DNA of 64,000 nucleotides from Vulcanimicrobiales bacterium (GCA_038231455.1 JBBRLI010000002.1:128001-192000), one strand, 5' to 3'. Positions 50,364-60,166 are shown, numbered from the stretch's first letter. Numbers and translations: made by a program. The notes: generated by a model from the letters alone, not told the origin.

Positions 50364-51011
50364 TTACGGTCGCGGAGTTCCGGCTCTGATGCGCAACGCC
50401 GCCGGCATCGACGGCGATTGCATTCGCGCTGACTTCAGCGTCGAAGCTAGCCACGCGAGATCCTCGAGCATCACGTCCAACACCAATTGAAGCGATGCAT
50501 TTGTCGGCTTCCCGTCCGCTCCGAATGCGTTGGAGATGAATGGAATAAGCGTTGGCGTTCGAACCGGCACGGCTTCCGTCTCGATCAGCACTGTATTGAG
50601 ATGCTCGATCGCGCGTGCGCCGCCCGTTGCCGCAAGACTGTAGCCGATGCACGCCACCGGCTTGCGACGAAAGCCAAAAGAGAAGAACACCGAATCGAGG
50701 GCATTCTTGAGCACGGCCGGGAAGCTATGGTTGTACTCCGGGGTCACAACGATGTAGCCGTCCGCTTCTGCGATTTTGTTGTTCCAGCGCTTCACGAGTG
50801 GGTCCGAATAGGTTGGATCGGCGAAGTCGCCTACCGTCGCAATGGTTTCCCCAAAGAACGGCAGCGGCCAGTCGCGTAGGTCGAGTATTTCGACGTCGAA
50901 TGCTGTATGTGCAGCAACGAGGGGTGCGATCCATCGTATGACGGAGTCGGCATTGCGACCGCTCCGGGTGCTGCCGACGATGATTTGAAGACGAAGGTTG
51001 GGCATTGTCAT
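50364..51011 (-). CDS. NADPH-dependent FMN reductase family flavoprotein
   Basis: IVGSTRSGR, TPEYNHSFPAVLKNALD, GGARAIEHL; start ATG 51011 or 51005. Confidence 0.92.
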   Translation of the reverse strand: MTMPNLRLQIIVGSTRSGRNADSVIRWIAPLVAAHTAFDVEILDLRDWPLPFFGETIATVGDFADPTYSDPLVKRWNNKIAEADGYIVVTPEYNHSFPAVLKNALDSVFFSFGFRRKPVACIGYSLAATGGARAIEHLNTVLIETEAVPVRTPTLIPFISNAFGADGKPTNASLQLVLDVMLEDLAWLASTLKSARMQSPSMPAALRIRAGTPRP

Positions 51012-51060
51012 TCCTCGGGGACCGGGATGAAACAGCGATCGATTCGAATTGCGGAGAGTA

Positions 51061-51084
51061 CTGTCAACTAGTTTATATAAGTAT
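51061..51084. promoter_or_regulatory. AT-rich divergent promoter/operator with palindromes AACTAGTT and TTATATAA
   Basis: Lies between the divergent FMN reductase and MarR starts. Confidence 0.45.
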
Positions 51085-51090
51085 GGTGAT

Positions 51091-51522
51091 ATGTCAAGCG
51101 ATCTAGAACGGTTGGGTTGGCTGATCAAACGCGTCCAGCATCTCCACCATCGAGAACTCGACGCCAAGTTGGCTCGGTTTGATATCAGCCTTGTCCAGTG
51201 GAACGCACTTCGGGAAATCGCACGGAATCCAGAAGTTTCGCAACACGGCTTGGCCGAGCGGACGTTCAATTCTGACCAGTCGTTCGGGACGTTGCTTGCA
51301 AGGTTGCTCGCGCGAGGACTCATCGAGCAACACAAAAAAGTCGGACGAGCGACCTTCCATCGTTTGAGCGCCAAGGGAAAGAAACTGCTTCGGGACGGAC
51401 AGGACGTGATGTCCGAGGTTGTCATACAATCGTTTTCTGTTCTCCAGAAGAACGAACGGTCGGAACTTACCCGCTTACTCGTCAAAGTGCTCGACGCGCG
51501 CGCTCAGAATTCCGACCGGTAG
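51091..51522 (+). CDS. MarR family transcriptional regulator
   Basis: LGWLIKRVQH, ISLVQWNALREI, SQHGLAE, LSAKGKKLL; divergent from the flavoprotein gene. Confidence 0.88.
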   Translation: MSSDLERLGWLIKRVQHLHHRELDAKLARFDISLVQWNALREIARNPEVSQHGLAERTFNSDQSFGTLLARLLARGLIEQHKKVGRATFHRLSAKGKKLLRDGQDVMSEVVIQSFSVLQKNERSELTRLLVKVLDARAQNSDR

Positions 51523-51586
51523 GCAAAGGGTCCATCGCGGCTTCGATTAACTACATCGAATCGGGTTAACCGGAGAGAGTAATGCC

Positions 51587-51847
51587 ATGATGCAATTTGA
51601 AGAATTCGTATCCGCGCTCGAAGCGGAACTGCGCAAAACACCGGGCGCCGCCTTTGCCGCCAAGGAACGCGCGGTGACGTGGACGATGCAGGAGCGCGTT
51701 GCGATCGTGGCACTCGTGCCGCCGCTCAACGTGAGCGTGACACTTAGCGGTGCGGCAGCCGAGCCAGTGACGAATTGGTATCCGATCGATGCGGCGCTCG
51801 TTCCGGTCGTTTCGCATCGCGTCGCCGGTTTTCTCGGCGCGCACTGA
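51587..51847 (+). CDS. Hypothetical protein
   Basis: GGAGAG RBS-like sequence upstream and host-like codon usage; no family recognised. Confidence 0.6.
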   Translation: MMQFEEFVSALEAELRKTPGAAFAAKERAVTWTMQERVAIVALVPPLNVSVTLSGAAAEPVTNWYPIDAALVPVVSHRVAGFLGAH

Positions 51848-51848
51848 G

Positions 51849-52145
51849 ATGCCACATGCGCAAGCGCTTGTGATCGCACGCGACCCATCGCGTGTCGCAG
51901 CGGACCTCACCGCGCGACTTCGGCACGAGTTCGAAACGGAGTGGGCGGCCGAGGCGGGCTTCGTGAAGCTCGCCGAAGGCACGTGCTCGCTTTACGCCTG
52001 GCCCGAAGGGTTGCGGCTCGATGCCGTCGCGCAATCGGGCGATGATTTGACGCGCGTCGAGGCGTTCATTCGCGAGCAACTCGAAGCCAACGGCGTGGCG
52101 CGCGTCGAGTGGCGTCGGCGTCCGCTCTCGGAGATTCCGCGCTAG
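51849..52145 (+). CDS. DUF2218-like small protein
   Basis: Pattern SR....L.....H......G.....G.C.L.A....L.L...A.....L.RVE..I...LE......VEW resembles DUF2218 as recalled; ATG 1 nt after the previous stop. Confidence 0.55.
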   Translation: MPHAQALVIARDPSRVAADLTARLRHEFETEWAAEAGFVKLAEGTCSLYAWPEGLRLDAVAQSGDDLTRVEAFIREQLEANGVARVEWRRRPLSEIPR

Positions 52146-52153
52146 TAGACTTG

Positions 52154-53347
52154 CTACAAGCGCTCGAAAATCGTCGCGATGCCTTGGCCCATCCCGATGC
52201 ACATGCTCGCGACACCGTAGCGTCCGCCGCGGCGGCGCAGTTCGTGTAATAAGGTCGTCGTGATGCGCGCGCCGCTGCATCCCAGCGGATGTCCGAGCGC
52301 GATCGCGCCGCCGTTCACGTTAACGATCGCCGGATCGAATCCAATTTCGCGCACGCAGGCGATCGCTTGCGCGGCGAAGGCTTCGTTGAGTTCGACAAGG
52401 TCGATGTCACGGACGCTCAGATGCGCGCGCTCGAGCGCTCTACGCACCGCGCCGATCGGTCCGATACCCATGACTTCGGGACCCACGCCGAACGTCGCTG
52501 AGGTGAGGATGCGCGCCATCGGTGTCCAGCCGTGACGCTGTGCGGACTCGCTGCTGCAGACGAGCAGTGCCGCCGCGCCGTCGTTCAGCGGCGATGAATT
52601 GCCGGCCGTTACCGTACCGCCTGCTTTGAAGGCGGGTTTCAGTTTTGCCAAACTCTCGAGCGTCGTATCGAAACGGGGCGGTTCGTCGCTTGTGACATCG
52701 TAGCTTTTTTTGCCGGCCTCGACGCGGATCGGAACGAGTTCTCCGGCGAAACGACCCGCTTCGGTTGCAGCTTTTGCTTTCATCTGCGAATCCAGGGCGA
52801 AGGCATCTTGGTCGGCGCGCGTGATACCAAACTGTTCGGCGACGTTTTCGGCGGTCGCTCCAAGTGAAATTGGTGGGTACATCGCGGCGAGTCTCGGATT
52901 AAGCCAGCGCGAACCCAGCGTCGTGTCGTGAATCTCCGGGGCGCGATCCCACGCCTTCTCGGCTTTGGCAATCGCAAAGGGCGCGCGCGTCATCGATTCG
53001 GCGCCGCCCGCGATTACGATGTCGTTGACGCCCGCGGCGATCGCGTGATACGCCGAATTGATCGCTTGCAGACCGCTGCCGCAGAGTCGATTCACCGTCG
53101 TTCCCGGGACGCTCGTCGGCAAACCGGCGAGCAAGAGCGCCATGCGCGCAGCGTTGCGGCAGTCTTCGCCCGCTTGATTTGCCGCGCCCCAAAAGACGTC
53201 GTCGATCGAAGCCGGATCAAGACCCATGCGCGCGACGAGCGCGCGGATCGCCTCCGCACCTAAGTCGTCGGGGCGGACGGGCGCAAGAACCCCACCGTAG
53301 CGACCCATCGGCGTGCGCAGTGCATCAATGATAACGGCTTCGGACAA
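52154..53347 (-). CDS. Acetyl-CoA C-acyltransferase (thiolase), PcaF/PaaJ-like
   Basis: RTPMGRYGG.LA.VRPDDL, ANQAGED.RN.ARM, VNRLCGSG, NEAFA, GHPLGCSG, CIGMG. Confidence 0.92.
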   Translation of the reverse strand: MSEAVIIDALRTPMGRYGGVLAPVRPDDLGAEAIRALVARMGLDPASIDDVFWGAANQAGEDCRNAARMALLLAGLPTSVPGTTVNRLCGSGLQAINSAYHAIAAGVNDIVIAGGAESMTRAPFAIAKAEKAWDRAPEIHDTTLGSRWLNPRLAAMYPPISLGATAENVAEQFGITRADQDAFALDSQMKAKAATEAGRFAGELVPIRVEAGKKSYDVTSDEPPRFDTTLESLAKLKPAFKAGGTVTAGNSSPLNDGAAALLVCSSESAQRHGWTPMARILTSATFGVGPEVMGIGPIGAVRRALERAHLSVRDIDLVELNEAFAAQAIACVREIGFDPAIVNVNGGAIALGHPLGCSGARITTTLLHELRRRGGRYGVASMCIGMGQGIATIFERL

Positions 53348-53401
53348 CGGAGTTCTCCCAGCGGTAGAGGGGCGCGAGCGTGCGGGACGTAGCTTGCGCT
53401 A

Positions 53402-53950
53402 GTGATTTCGAATGAAACGGCGCCGCCGTCGATCCTTGCAATCGCCCGCGTCTTTGGACGAATTTCTGCGACGGCGTTTGGGGGCGGACAGATTGCGGCG
53501 ATCCGGCGTGAGGTCGTCCGCAACAACGCGTGGTTGACCGAAGACGAATTTCTCGCCTTGCTGGCAATCGCGCAAATTTTACCGGGCGCGAATCCTACCA
53601 ACGTGGCGGTGCTGGTTGGATCGCGTTTGCGAGGCGTCCTCGGTGCAGCCGCGGCGCTCGCTGCGGCGGTCTTGCCCGGCTTTGCAATTCTAATGGTCAT
53701 CGCGGCGATCGCGCTCGACTCGCATGCGCCGGTACTGCGAGGCGCACTCCGCGGCTGCGCGGCGGTTGCCGTCGGATTGACGCTTGCAAATGCAATCGAG
53801 ATGACGCTCCCACGGCGGAAGAGTCTGATCGATCTCGCGCTCATCCTCGCGGTTGGATGTTCGGTTGTTTTTCTCCACCTATCGCTGGTGGTCACGTTGC
53901 TCGTGTTCGTTCCGATCGCGCTGCTTGTGAGGCGCCCGGCCGCCGCGTGA
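53402..53950 (+). CDS. Short-chain chromate transporter (ChrA family), subunit 1
   Basis: AFGGG, WLTEDEF, AQILPG.N. Confidence 0.88.
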   Translation: MISNETAPPSILAIARVFGRISATAFGGGQIAAIRREVVRNNAWLTEDEFLALLAIAQILPGANPTNVAVLVGSRLRGVLGAAAALAAAVLPGFAILMVIAAIALDSHAPVLRGALRGCAAVAVGLTLANAIEMTLPRRKSLIDLALILAVGCSVVFLHLSLVVTLLVFVPIALLVRRPAAA

Positions 53951-54465
53951 ATCTCACCCGACTCGCGCTCGTCTTCACCGTCCTCTCACTGCTTGGATTC
54001 GGCGGCGGCAACGCGATCATTCCGCAAATGCACGCCGACGTTGTGGACAAATATCACTGGATAACATCGGTTGATTTTACGCGCTACTATGCGCTTGGAA
54101 AACTCGCACCGGGCCCCACGACAACGATGGCAGCCCTCGTCGGGTATGCGGTAAGCGGTCCGCTCGGTGCGATTGTGGCGACACTTGCCGTTTTCGTTCC
54201 GGCCGGAATTCTGGTAGCCGCGTTCGGCCACTATTGGCAGAAGCTGCGCGGTAATCCATGGCGCGAACGCTTCGCGCGCGCGATCGCGCCAGTGGTCCTT
54301 GGATTGATCTGGGCGGGCGTCGTCACGCTCGCGCACGGCGCGCTCGATTCGCCCGTTACGATCGGACTTGCCGCCGTAGCTGCGGGCGTTCTTCTGTGGT
54401 CGAATTGGAATCAAAGCATCATCGTGCTCGTTGCCGGCGCGGTCGGCGCGATTGCACTGCGGTAG
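53947..54465 (+). CDS. Short-chain chromate transporter (ChrA family), subunit 2
   Basis: GFGGGNAI, HWITSVDF, APGP; GTGA overlap with subunit 1. Confidence 0.88.
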   Translation: MNLTRLALVFTVLSLLGFGGGNAIIPQMHADVVDKYHWITSVDFTRYYALGKLAPGPTTTMAALVGYAVSGPLGAIVATLAVFVPAGILVAAFGHYWQKLRGNPWRERFARAIAPVVLGLIWAGVVTLAHGALDSPVTIGLAAVAAGVLLWSNWNQSIIVLVAGAVGAIALR

Positions 54466-54551
54466 AAAATGGCAGGGAACGCGTCGAAATCGGGAAATTG
54501 GCTCCAAAACGGTAATCCGATGCATCGAATTCAACGCTAGGGACGGTACCC

Positions 54552-55355
54552 TTGGTCGCTTCTCAATCTCGTCGCGCGACAGTTTCGGCCGGCGCTAACC
54601 CGCTGCTGCCGGGCCTGCTGTTCGTTCTTGGCATTACCGCGGTCGTCGAAGTCGCCGCGCGGCTTGGCTGGCTCACCAGCTACGTACCGCCGCCCTCGAC
54701 CATCATCGTCGCGCTGTTCGTCGGCTTGTTCAATGGCGAGATTTCAGCCGAGATCGGCATGACGCTGAGCGCGTTTGCCGTCGGACTCCTCTTGGCAACG
54801 TCCCTCGCCATCGTCATCGGCATCCTGATGGGCGCGATTCCGGTCGTGTATGACGGACTCAAGGTCATCGTCGAGTTCTTGCGACCCGTTCCGTCGGTTG
54901 CGATGATTCCGCTTGCGATTCTGTTTCTTGGACTGGGGACGCAGATGCGCGTGGCCGTCATCACCTATGCCGCGTTTTGGCCGCTGCTCATCAGCACGAT
55001 CTACGGCGTGCGCGCGATCGACCCGGTCGCACTCGACACGGCACGTAATTTCGGCGTTCCGCCATTTGAAGCGTTGTACCGCGTCACCTTACCCTCGGCG
55101 CTCGTGAATATTGCGACCGGCCTGCGCGTGTCGGCGTCGATCGCACTCGTGGTAACGGTCACGACCGAACTCGTGGCAGGCAATAGCGGTCTTGGATTCT
55201 ACGTTGCGCAAATGGAGCAGGCCAGCCGCCTGCCGCAAATGTATGCCGCGATTCTGCTTACCGGCGTGCTTGGCTATATCATCAACGTGCTCTTCTCGCT
55301 GCTCGAGAAGAAGGTCGTGTTTTGGTCGCCGGCCAGCCGCGGAGAAACACAATGA
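54552..55355 (+). CDS. NitT/TauT ABC transporter permease
   Basis: PPPS, EFLRPVPSVAMIPLAIL, EAA-like loop, ELVAGNSGLG. Confidence 0.92.
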   Translation: MVASQSRRATVSAGANPLLPGLLFVLGITAVVEVAARLGWLTSYVPPPSTIIVALFVGLFNGEISAEIGMTLSAFAVGLLLATSLAIVIGILMGAIPVVYDGLKVIVEFLRPVPSVAMIPLAILFLGLGTQMRVAVITYAAFWPLLISTIYGVRAIDPVALDTARNFGVPPFEALYRVTLPSALVNIATGLRVSASIALVVTVTTELVAGNSGLGFYVAQMEQASRLPQMYAAILLTGVLGYIINVLFSLLEKKVVFWSPASRGETQ

Positions 55356-56158
55356 GAAACGCATCGCTGCCGGCGAAGCGCCTCTATTGGGGAACCACGA
55401 CGCAGCGCAATTTGCTGGGTGTCGGGGTCGTGTTGCTCTTGCTCGTTTTTTGGCAAGTTGTCGCGACACTCAAAGCCAACGTGTATTTACCGCCGGTCAG
55501 CTCCATCGTCGTGACGTTCGTGCACGAGTGGTTCACGACCCAATTCCGCGATCAGGCGTTACCGAGTTTATACCGGATGATCGTCGGCTATCTTTCGGCG
55601 TGCGCGATCGGCGTGACCGTCGGCGTTCTGATCGGTGCGTACAAGCGGGTGTTCCGCTTGCTCGATCCGTTCTTGCAGTTCTTGCGCGCGATCCCGCCCT
55701 CCGCGATCATTCCCGTTGGCATCCTGCTCATTGGGATCGGCGATCAGATGAAGATCGTCGTGATTTGCTTTGGAGCGGTGTGGCCGATCTTGATCAATGC
55801 CGCCGACGGCGCGCGCAATGTGCCGCGCGAGCGACTCGATACCGCGCGCATTTTCGGCGTCAGCGGCGTCGATACGCTCTTGAGCGTCACGCTCCCCTCG
55901 GCGATGCCGGGCATCTTCGCCGGTTTGCGAACCGGACTTTCGATCGCGTTCATCATGATCGTTGTCTCGGAGATGATCGGCAGCACCAACGGTCTTGGCT
56001 ATTACATCTTGCAATCGCAGCGGACGTTCGCGATCCCGGAAATGTACGGCGGCATCGTGCTACTCGCCATTCTTGGGTACTCGCTGAATGCGGGCTTTAT
56101 CGCCATCGAGCATCGCGTGCTCGCCTGGCATCACGGACAATCTGCGCGCGCCGTCTAG
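55352..56158 (+). CDS. NitT/TauT ABC transporter permease
   Basis: FLRAIPP, LPSAMPGIFAGLR, SEMIGSTNGLG; ATGA overlap. Confidence 0.92.
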   Translation: MRNASLPAKRLYWGTTTQRNLLGVGVVLLLLVFWQVVATLKANVYLPPVSSIVVTFVHEWFTTQFRDQALPSLYRMIVGYLSACAIGVTVGVLIGAYKRVFRLLDPFLQFLRAIPPSAIIPVGILLIGIGDQMKIVVICFGAVWPILINAADGARNVPRERLDTARIFGVSGVDTLLSVTLPSAMPGIFAGLRTGLSIAFIMIVVSEMIGSTNGLGYYILQSQRTFAIPEMYGGIVLLAILGYSLNAGFIAIEHRVLAWHHGQSARAV

Positions 56159-56183
56159 CGCGCGCTGCAAGTAAGGAGACTTG

Positions 56184-56987
56184 GTGAATACGATCGACGA
56201 AAAACTGCTCGACGTTGTCGGACTCGAGAAGCGCTACCACTCGAGCGGCACGCTCGCGATCGAAAGCGTCACGCTCGACGTGCGTCGCTCCGAGTTCGTC
56301 TCAATCGTCGGGCCGTCGGGCTGCGGAAAGACGACCTTGCTCAAAACGATTTGCGGTCTCTTGCATCCAAGCTCCGGGACGGTTCGTTTGAACGGGCGCC
56401 TCATTGCGGAGCCGCCGCCGGAAATGGTCCTCGTCTTCCAAGATTATGCCCGCTCGCTTTTTCCGTGGCTCACCGTTGAGGGCAACGTTGCGTTCCCGCT
56501 CAAGAAGAAAAACTTGAGCAAGGCGGACAAATCCAAGGTCATCGACGACGTGCTGCGCGCCGTCAACCTCGAACGTTTCGCAAAGCACTATCCCTGGCAG
56601 CTCTCGGGCGGTATGCAGCAGCGGGTTGCGATCGCCCGAGCCGTCGCATTCTCGCCGGAAATTCTGCTCCTGGACGAACCGTTCGCGTCGGTCGACGCGC
56701 TAACGCGTGCCGAACTCGAAGATCTGACGCTCGACTTGCGCGATAAGCTCGGTATCACGATGCTGCTCGTGACGCACGATATCGATGAAGCCGTGTATCT
56801 CTCGGATCGGGTGTTCGTGCTCTCGCCGCCGCCATCGGTCGTCGTGCGCGAGTTCGCAATTCCGCTCGGTCGCGCGCGCGATCAGGAAACCACGCGTAGC
56901 GATGCGCGCTTTCTCGAACTGCGCAACGAAATCCATCACCTCATCGGGCGCCCGCGTCAGCTCGCACCGGAGCCGACCGCGGTCTGA
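56184..56987 (+). CDS. NitT/TauT ABC transporter ATP-binding protein
   Basis: GPSGCGKT, LSGGMQQR, LLLDEPF, VTHDIDEAV; AAGGAG RBS. Confidence 0.95.
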   Translation: MNTIDEKLLDVVGLEKRYHSSGTLAIESVTLDVRRSEFVSIVGPSGCGKTTLLKTICGLLHPSSGTVRLNGRLIAEPPPEMVLVFQDYARSLFPWLTVEGNVAFPLKKKNLSKADKSKVIDDVLRAVNLERFAKHYPWQLSGGMQQRVAIARAVAFSPEILLLDEPFASVDALTRAELEDLTLDLRDKLGITMLLVTHDIDEAVYLSDRVFVLSPPPSVVVREFAIPLGRARDQETTRSDARFLELRNEIHHLIGRPRQLAPEPTAV

Positions 56988-58717
56988 TGCGTCGCGCCAT
57001 TCCGCTTCGCGCGTCGCGCACGTCGCTGCGTGCGCCCGCTGCGGAAGGCTTCATCATGGCCGGCGCGTCGCTGTTGCTCGCGTATCTTGCGATCGTCCCG
57101 GTTGCAACGATGCTCTATGCAAGCTTCCACGTCGGGTTTTTGAGCGACAGCGCTCACTGGTCGATTGCGAACTACACGCGCTCGTTTTCCGATCCCGCAT
57201 TCTACCGACTGCTCGGCAATACGCTCGCCTACGGTGCCTCGGTTGCGGTTCTCGCGATCGTCCTCGGCTTCGGTCTTGCGTTTCTCTACGCGCGCACGGA
57301 CGCGCCGCTACGGAGTCTTGGCATGGCGACGGCGCTCGTGCCGCTCATCTTGCCGGGTATTCTCAATACCGTCTCGTGGTTGTTTCTCGCATCGCCGCGG
57401 ATCGGGATCCTCAATGCGATCGCGCAAACGCTGACGACGCTGCGACCGTTCAACGTCTATTCATTGCCGGGGATGGTATTCGTGCAGGCGATGCACGTCG
57501 CGCCAACGGCTTTCATCATGGCGGTCGCCACATTCACCTCGATGGATCCGGCGATGGAAGAAGCGGCCGTGTCTTCGGGCGCCGGAAGTTTGACCGCGTT
57601 TCGTCGCGTGACGCTCGGACTTGCGCGACCCGCGATCGTCGCTGCAGCACTGCTCGTCTTCATTCAAACGATTTCGTCGTTCGAAGTGCCGCAGCTCATC
57701 GGCGTCCCCGCGAACGTCTCCGTGTTTACAACGCAGATCTACGGCGCGCTGCAAGCGTTCCCGCCGGACTACGGCGGTGCCGCAGCGATGGGCGGCGTGG
57801 TGCTTGTGATCGCGGCGGCGGGGGTAGCGTTTGCGAATCGGCTCAATAGCGCCGGGCGTCACGCGACGGTTACCGGCAAAGCATTCCGGCCGCGCCGGAT
57901 CGAGCTTGGACCGATGCGGCCACTCGCCGGCGCTGCAATCGTCGCATTTTTCACGATCGCCGTCGCGCTGCCGCTGGCGGTTCTTATTTGGGTGTCGTTC
58001 TTACCGGGTTTCGAGATACCGTCGCTTGCGGCGCTGCGTCACCTTACCGGAGCGAACTACATCACGATGTGGAATTATCCGCTCATTCGGCAGTCGATGC
58101 TCAATAGCACGATCGTCTCGCTAAGTGCCGGCGCGATCGTTACCGTGCTTACGGCAATCGTCGCGTACGTGACGCTTAAATCGCGCGTGCGGTTTGCGTG
58201 GTTGCTCGACGTGCTCGTCTCACTGCCGATCGCCGTGCCGAGCATCCTCATGGGCGTGGGTATTTTGTTCTGGTACCTGGTCGCGCCCTTACCGTTCCAT
58301 CTCTACGGCACGCTCGCGCTTTTGGTCATCGGCTTCGTCACGATCGGCATTCCCTATGGCATGCGGTACGCAAGCTCGGGGCTCGCACAGATCCGAGACG
58401 AACTCGAAGAAGCTGCGGCGGCAAGCGGCGCCGATTGGCTCACGCGCTTTTGGCGCATCTACGTGCCGCTCTTGATGCCCTCGCTCCTCGCGGGTTTTCT
58501 GACGACGGTAATCGTCGCGTTCCGCGAGATTTCCGCGGCCATCTTTCTCTACTCGCAAGGCAGCGAAGTCGTTGCGATCGCGATCTTCGATCTGTGGTCG
58601 AACGGGCAGTACCCGGCGATCGCCGCGCTCGGTTGCGTGCTCGTGGTGTTCTTGTTCGGTCTTGTGAGCATCGTCCAACGTTTGGGCGGTCGCTTGGGAC
58701 TGGGCGCCGCTTCATAA
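56987..58717 (+). CDS. Fused double ABC permease, FbpB/ThiP (Fe3+/thiamine-type) family
   Basis: Two BPD_transp_1 halves with MDPAMEEAA and ELEEAA loops. Confidence 0.88.
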   Translation: MRRAIPLRASRTSLRAPAAEGFIMAGASLLLAYLAIVPVATMLYASFHVGFLSDSAHWSIANYTRSFSDPAFYRLLGNTLAYGASVAVLAIVLGFGLAFLYARTDAPLRSLGMATALVPLILPGILNTVSWLFLASPRIGILNAIAQTLTTLRPFNVYSLPGMVFVQAMHVAPTAFIMAVATFTSMDPAMEEAAVSSGAGSLTAFRRVTLGLARPAIVAAALLVFIQTISSFEVPQLIGVPANVSVFTTQIYGALQAFPPDYGGAAAMGGVVLVIAAAGVAFANRLNSAGRHATVTGKAFRPRRIELGPMRPLAGAAIVAFFTIAVALPLAVLIWVSFLPGFEIPSLAALRHLTGANYITMWNYPLIRQSMLNSTIVSLSAGAIVTVLTAIVAYVTLKSRVRFAWLLDVLVSLPIAVPSILMGVGILFWYLVAPLPFHLYGTLALLVIGFVTIGIPYGMRYASSGLAQIRDELEEAAAASGADWLTRFWRIYVPLLMPSLLAGFLTTVIVAFREISAAIFLYSQGSEVVAIAIFDLWSNGQYPAIAALGCVLVVFLFGLVSIVQRLGGRLGLGAAS

Positions 58718-58727
58718 TCGAGCGCGG

Positions 58728-60110
58728 ATGATCGAAGACGGACTCCCGCTTGCGCAGCGTCGCTTCGCGGTTCTCGCAACGGCCCTGGGCACGCTGCTCT
58801 CGATGATGGATTCGACGATCGCGAACGTCGCGTTGCCGACGATCGCAAGCGATCTTGGCGCGACGGCATCGGCATCGATTTGGATCGTCAACGCCTACCA
58901 GCTCGCGATCGTCATGCTGATCGTGCCGCTGGCAACCTGCGGCGACATCGTCGGCTATTCGCGCGTTTACCGCACGGGTCTCGTGATTTTCATTCTGGCA
59001 TCGGTCATCTGCGCGATGTCGCACTCGCTTGCCACGCTGGCACTAGCTCGATTCGTTCAAGGGATCGGCGCCGCCGCTATGACGACGACGATCGGCTCGC
59101 TCAACCGCCTTGCCTATCCACGAGCGATGCTCGGACGGTCGGCGGGTCAAGGCGCGCTGATGGTTGCCGTCGGCGCTGCGGCAGGCCCCGTCGTCGCCGG
59201 AACGGTCCTCCACTTCGCGCCGTGGCCGTGGCTGTTCCTCATCAACATTCCACTGGGTCTCGTTGCCCTCGGAATCTCGCTGCGTTCGCTCCCGGACCAC
59301 CGCGGCAGCGGAGCGCGCTTTGACTGGCCGAGCGCCATCATGAGCGCGACGAGTTTTGGCCTTCTCGTCGCAACGAGCAGTGCGGTCGGTCATCACGAAG
59401 GTCCCGTTCCGGTCCTCGCGTTTCTTATTGCTACCGTTGCGATGGGTACGATTTTCGTCCGCCGACAGCAACGACTTGCGGTTCCATTATTAGGCGTGGA
59501 CTTATTTGCAAAACCCGTGTTCTCACTCTCGATCGTCTCCTCGGTGACGTCGTTTATCGCCCAGACCGTCGCTTACGTCGCACTCCCGTTTCTGTTCGAA
59601 AACGCGCTCGGGCACTCGCCATTCGTCACCGGGCTCCTCATGCTTCCGTGGCTCGTCGCCGCGGGTCTGATGGCGCCGATTGCCGGGCGACTCTCCGATC
59701 GGTTCGAACCCGGTATCATGGGCGGCCTTGGCATGGTGATTATGGCGATCGGCCTCGGCGCGCTCGTCTTCACGCCGCCGCACGCAAGCATCATCGATGT
59801 GGTGTGGCGCATGGCGCTTTGCGGTTTCGGTTATGGTTTTTTTCAGTCACCGAACAATCGCACGATTCTCGGCACCGTCGCACGCGAGCGAACGGGCGCG
59901 GCACAAGGCATCCTTGCAACGGCGCGCGTCACCGGGCAGACGCTAGGCGCTGCGATCGTCGCGCTCGTTTTTGGTGCGACGCTCGAAGGTCACGCCGGTG
60001 TCGCGGAGCTCGGAGCGATCACGCTCGCGCTCGAAATCGCCGTGGCGTTTGCAATCGCGGCGGCAATCGCGAGTTCGTTCCGCCGTGTGAATTCTGCCAA
60101 TCGTTCTTGA
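58728..60110 (+). CDS. MFS transporter, DHA2 (14-TM) family
   Basis: DSTIANVALPTIA, WIVNAYQL, WPWLFLINIPLG, FFQSPNNR. Confidence 0.92.
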   Translation: MIEDGLPLAQRRFAVLATALGTLLSMMDSTIANVALPTIASDLGATASASIWIVNAYQLAIVMLIVPLATCGDIVGYSRVYRTGLVIFILASVICAMSHSLATLALARFVQGIGAAAMTTTIGSLNRLAYPRAMLGRSAGQGALMVAVGAAAGPVVAGTVLHFAPWPWLFLINIPLGLVALGISLRSLPDHRGSGARFDWPSAIMSATSFGLLVATSSAVGHHEGPVPVLAFLIATVAMGTIFVRRQQRLAVPLLGVDLFAKPVFSLSIVSSVTSFIAQTVAYVALPFLFENALGHSPFVTGLLMLPWLVAAGLMAPIAGRLSDRFEPGIMGGLGMVIMAIGLGALVFTPPHASIIDVVWRMALCGFGYGFFQSPNNRTILGTVARERTGAAQGILATARVTGQTLGAAIVALVFGATLEGHAGVAELGAITLALEIAVAFAIAAAIASSFRRVNSANRS

Positions 60111-60141
60111 CCGCTTAGGAATTACATGACATAAATGGCAA

Positions 60142-60166
60142 GAGCCCTCGCAAATTGCGAAGGCTC
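60142..60166 (-). terminator. Probable terminator hairpin downstream of the DUF5343-like gene
   Basis: Minus strand GAGCCUUCGCA-auu-UGCGAGGGCUC followed by UUGCCAUUUAU. Confidence 0.55.

Noticed and set aside
51012-51485. Apparent N-terminal fusion on the FMN reductase
   Set aside because: It is the antisense of the MarR gene; the flavoprotein fold starts at about 51011.
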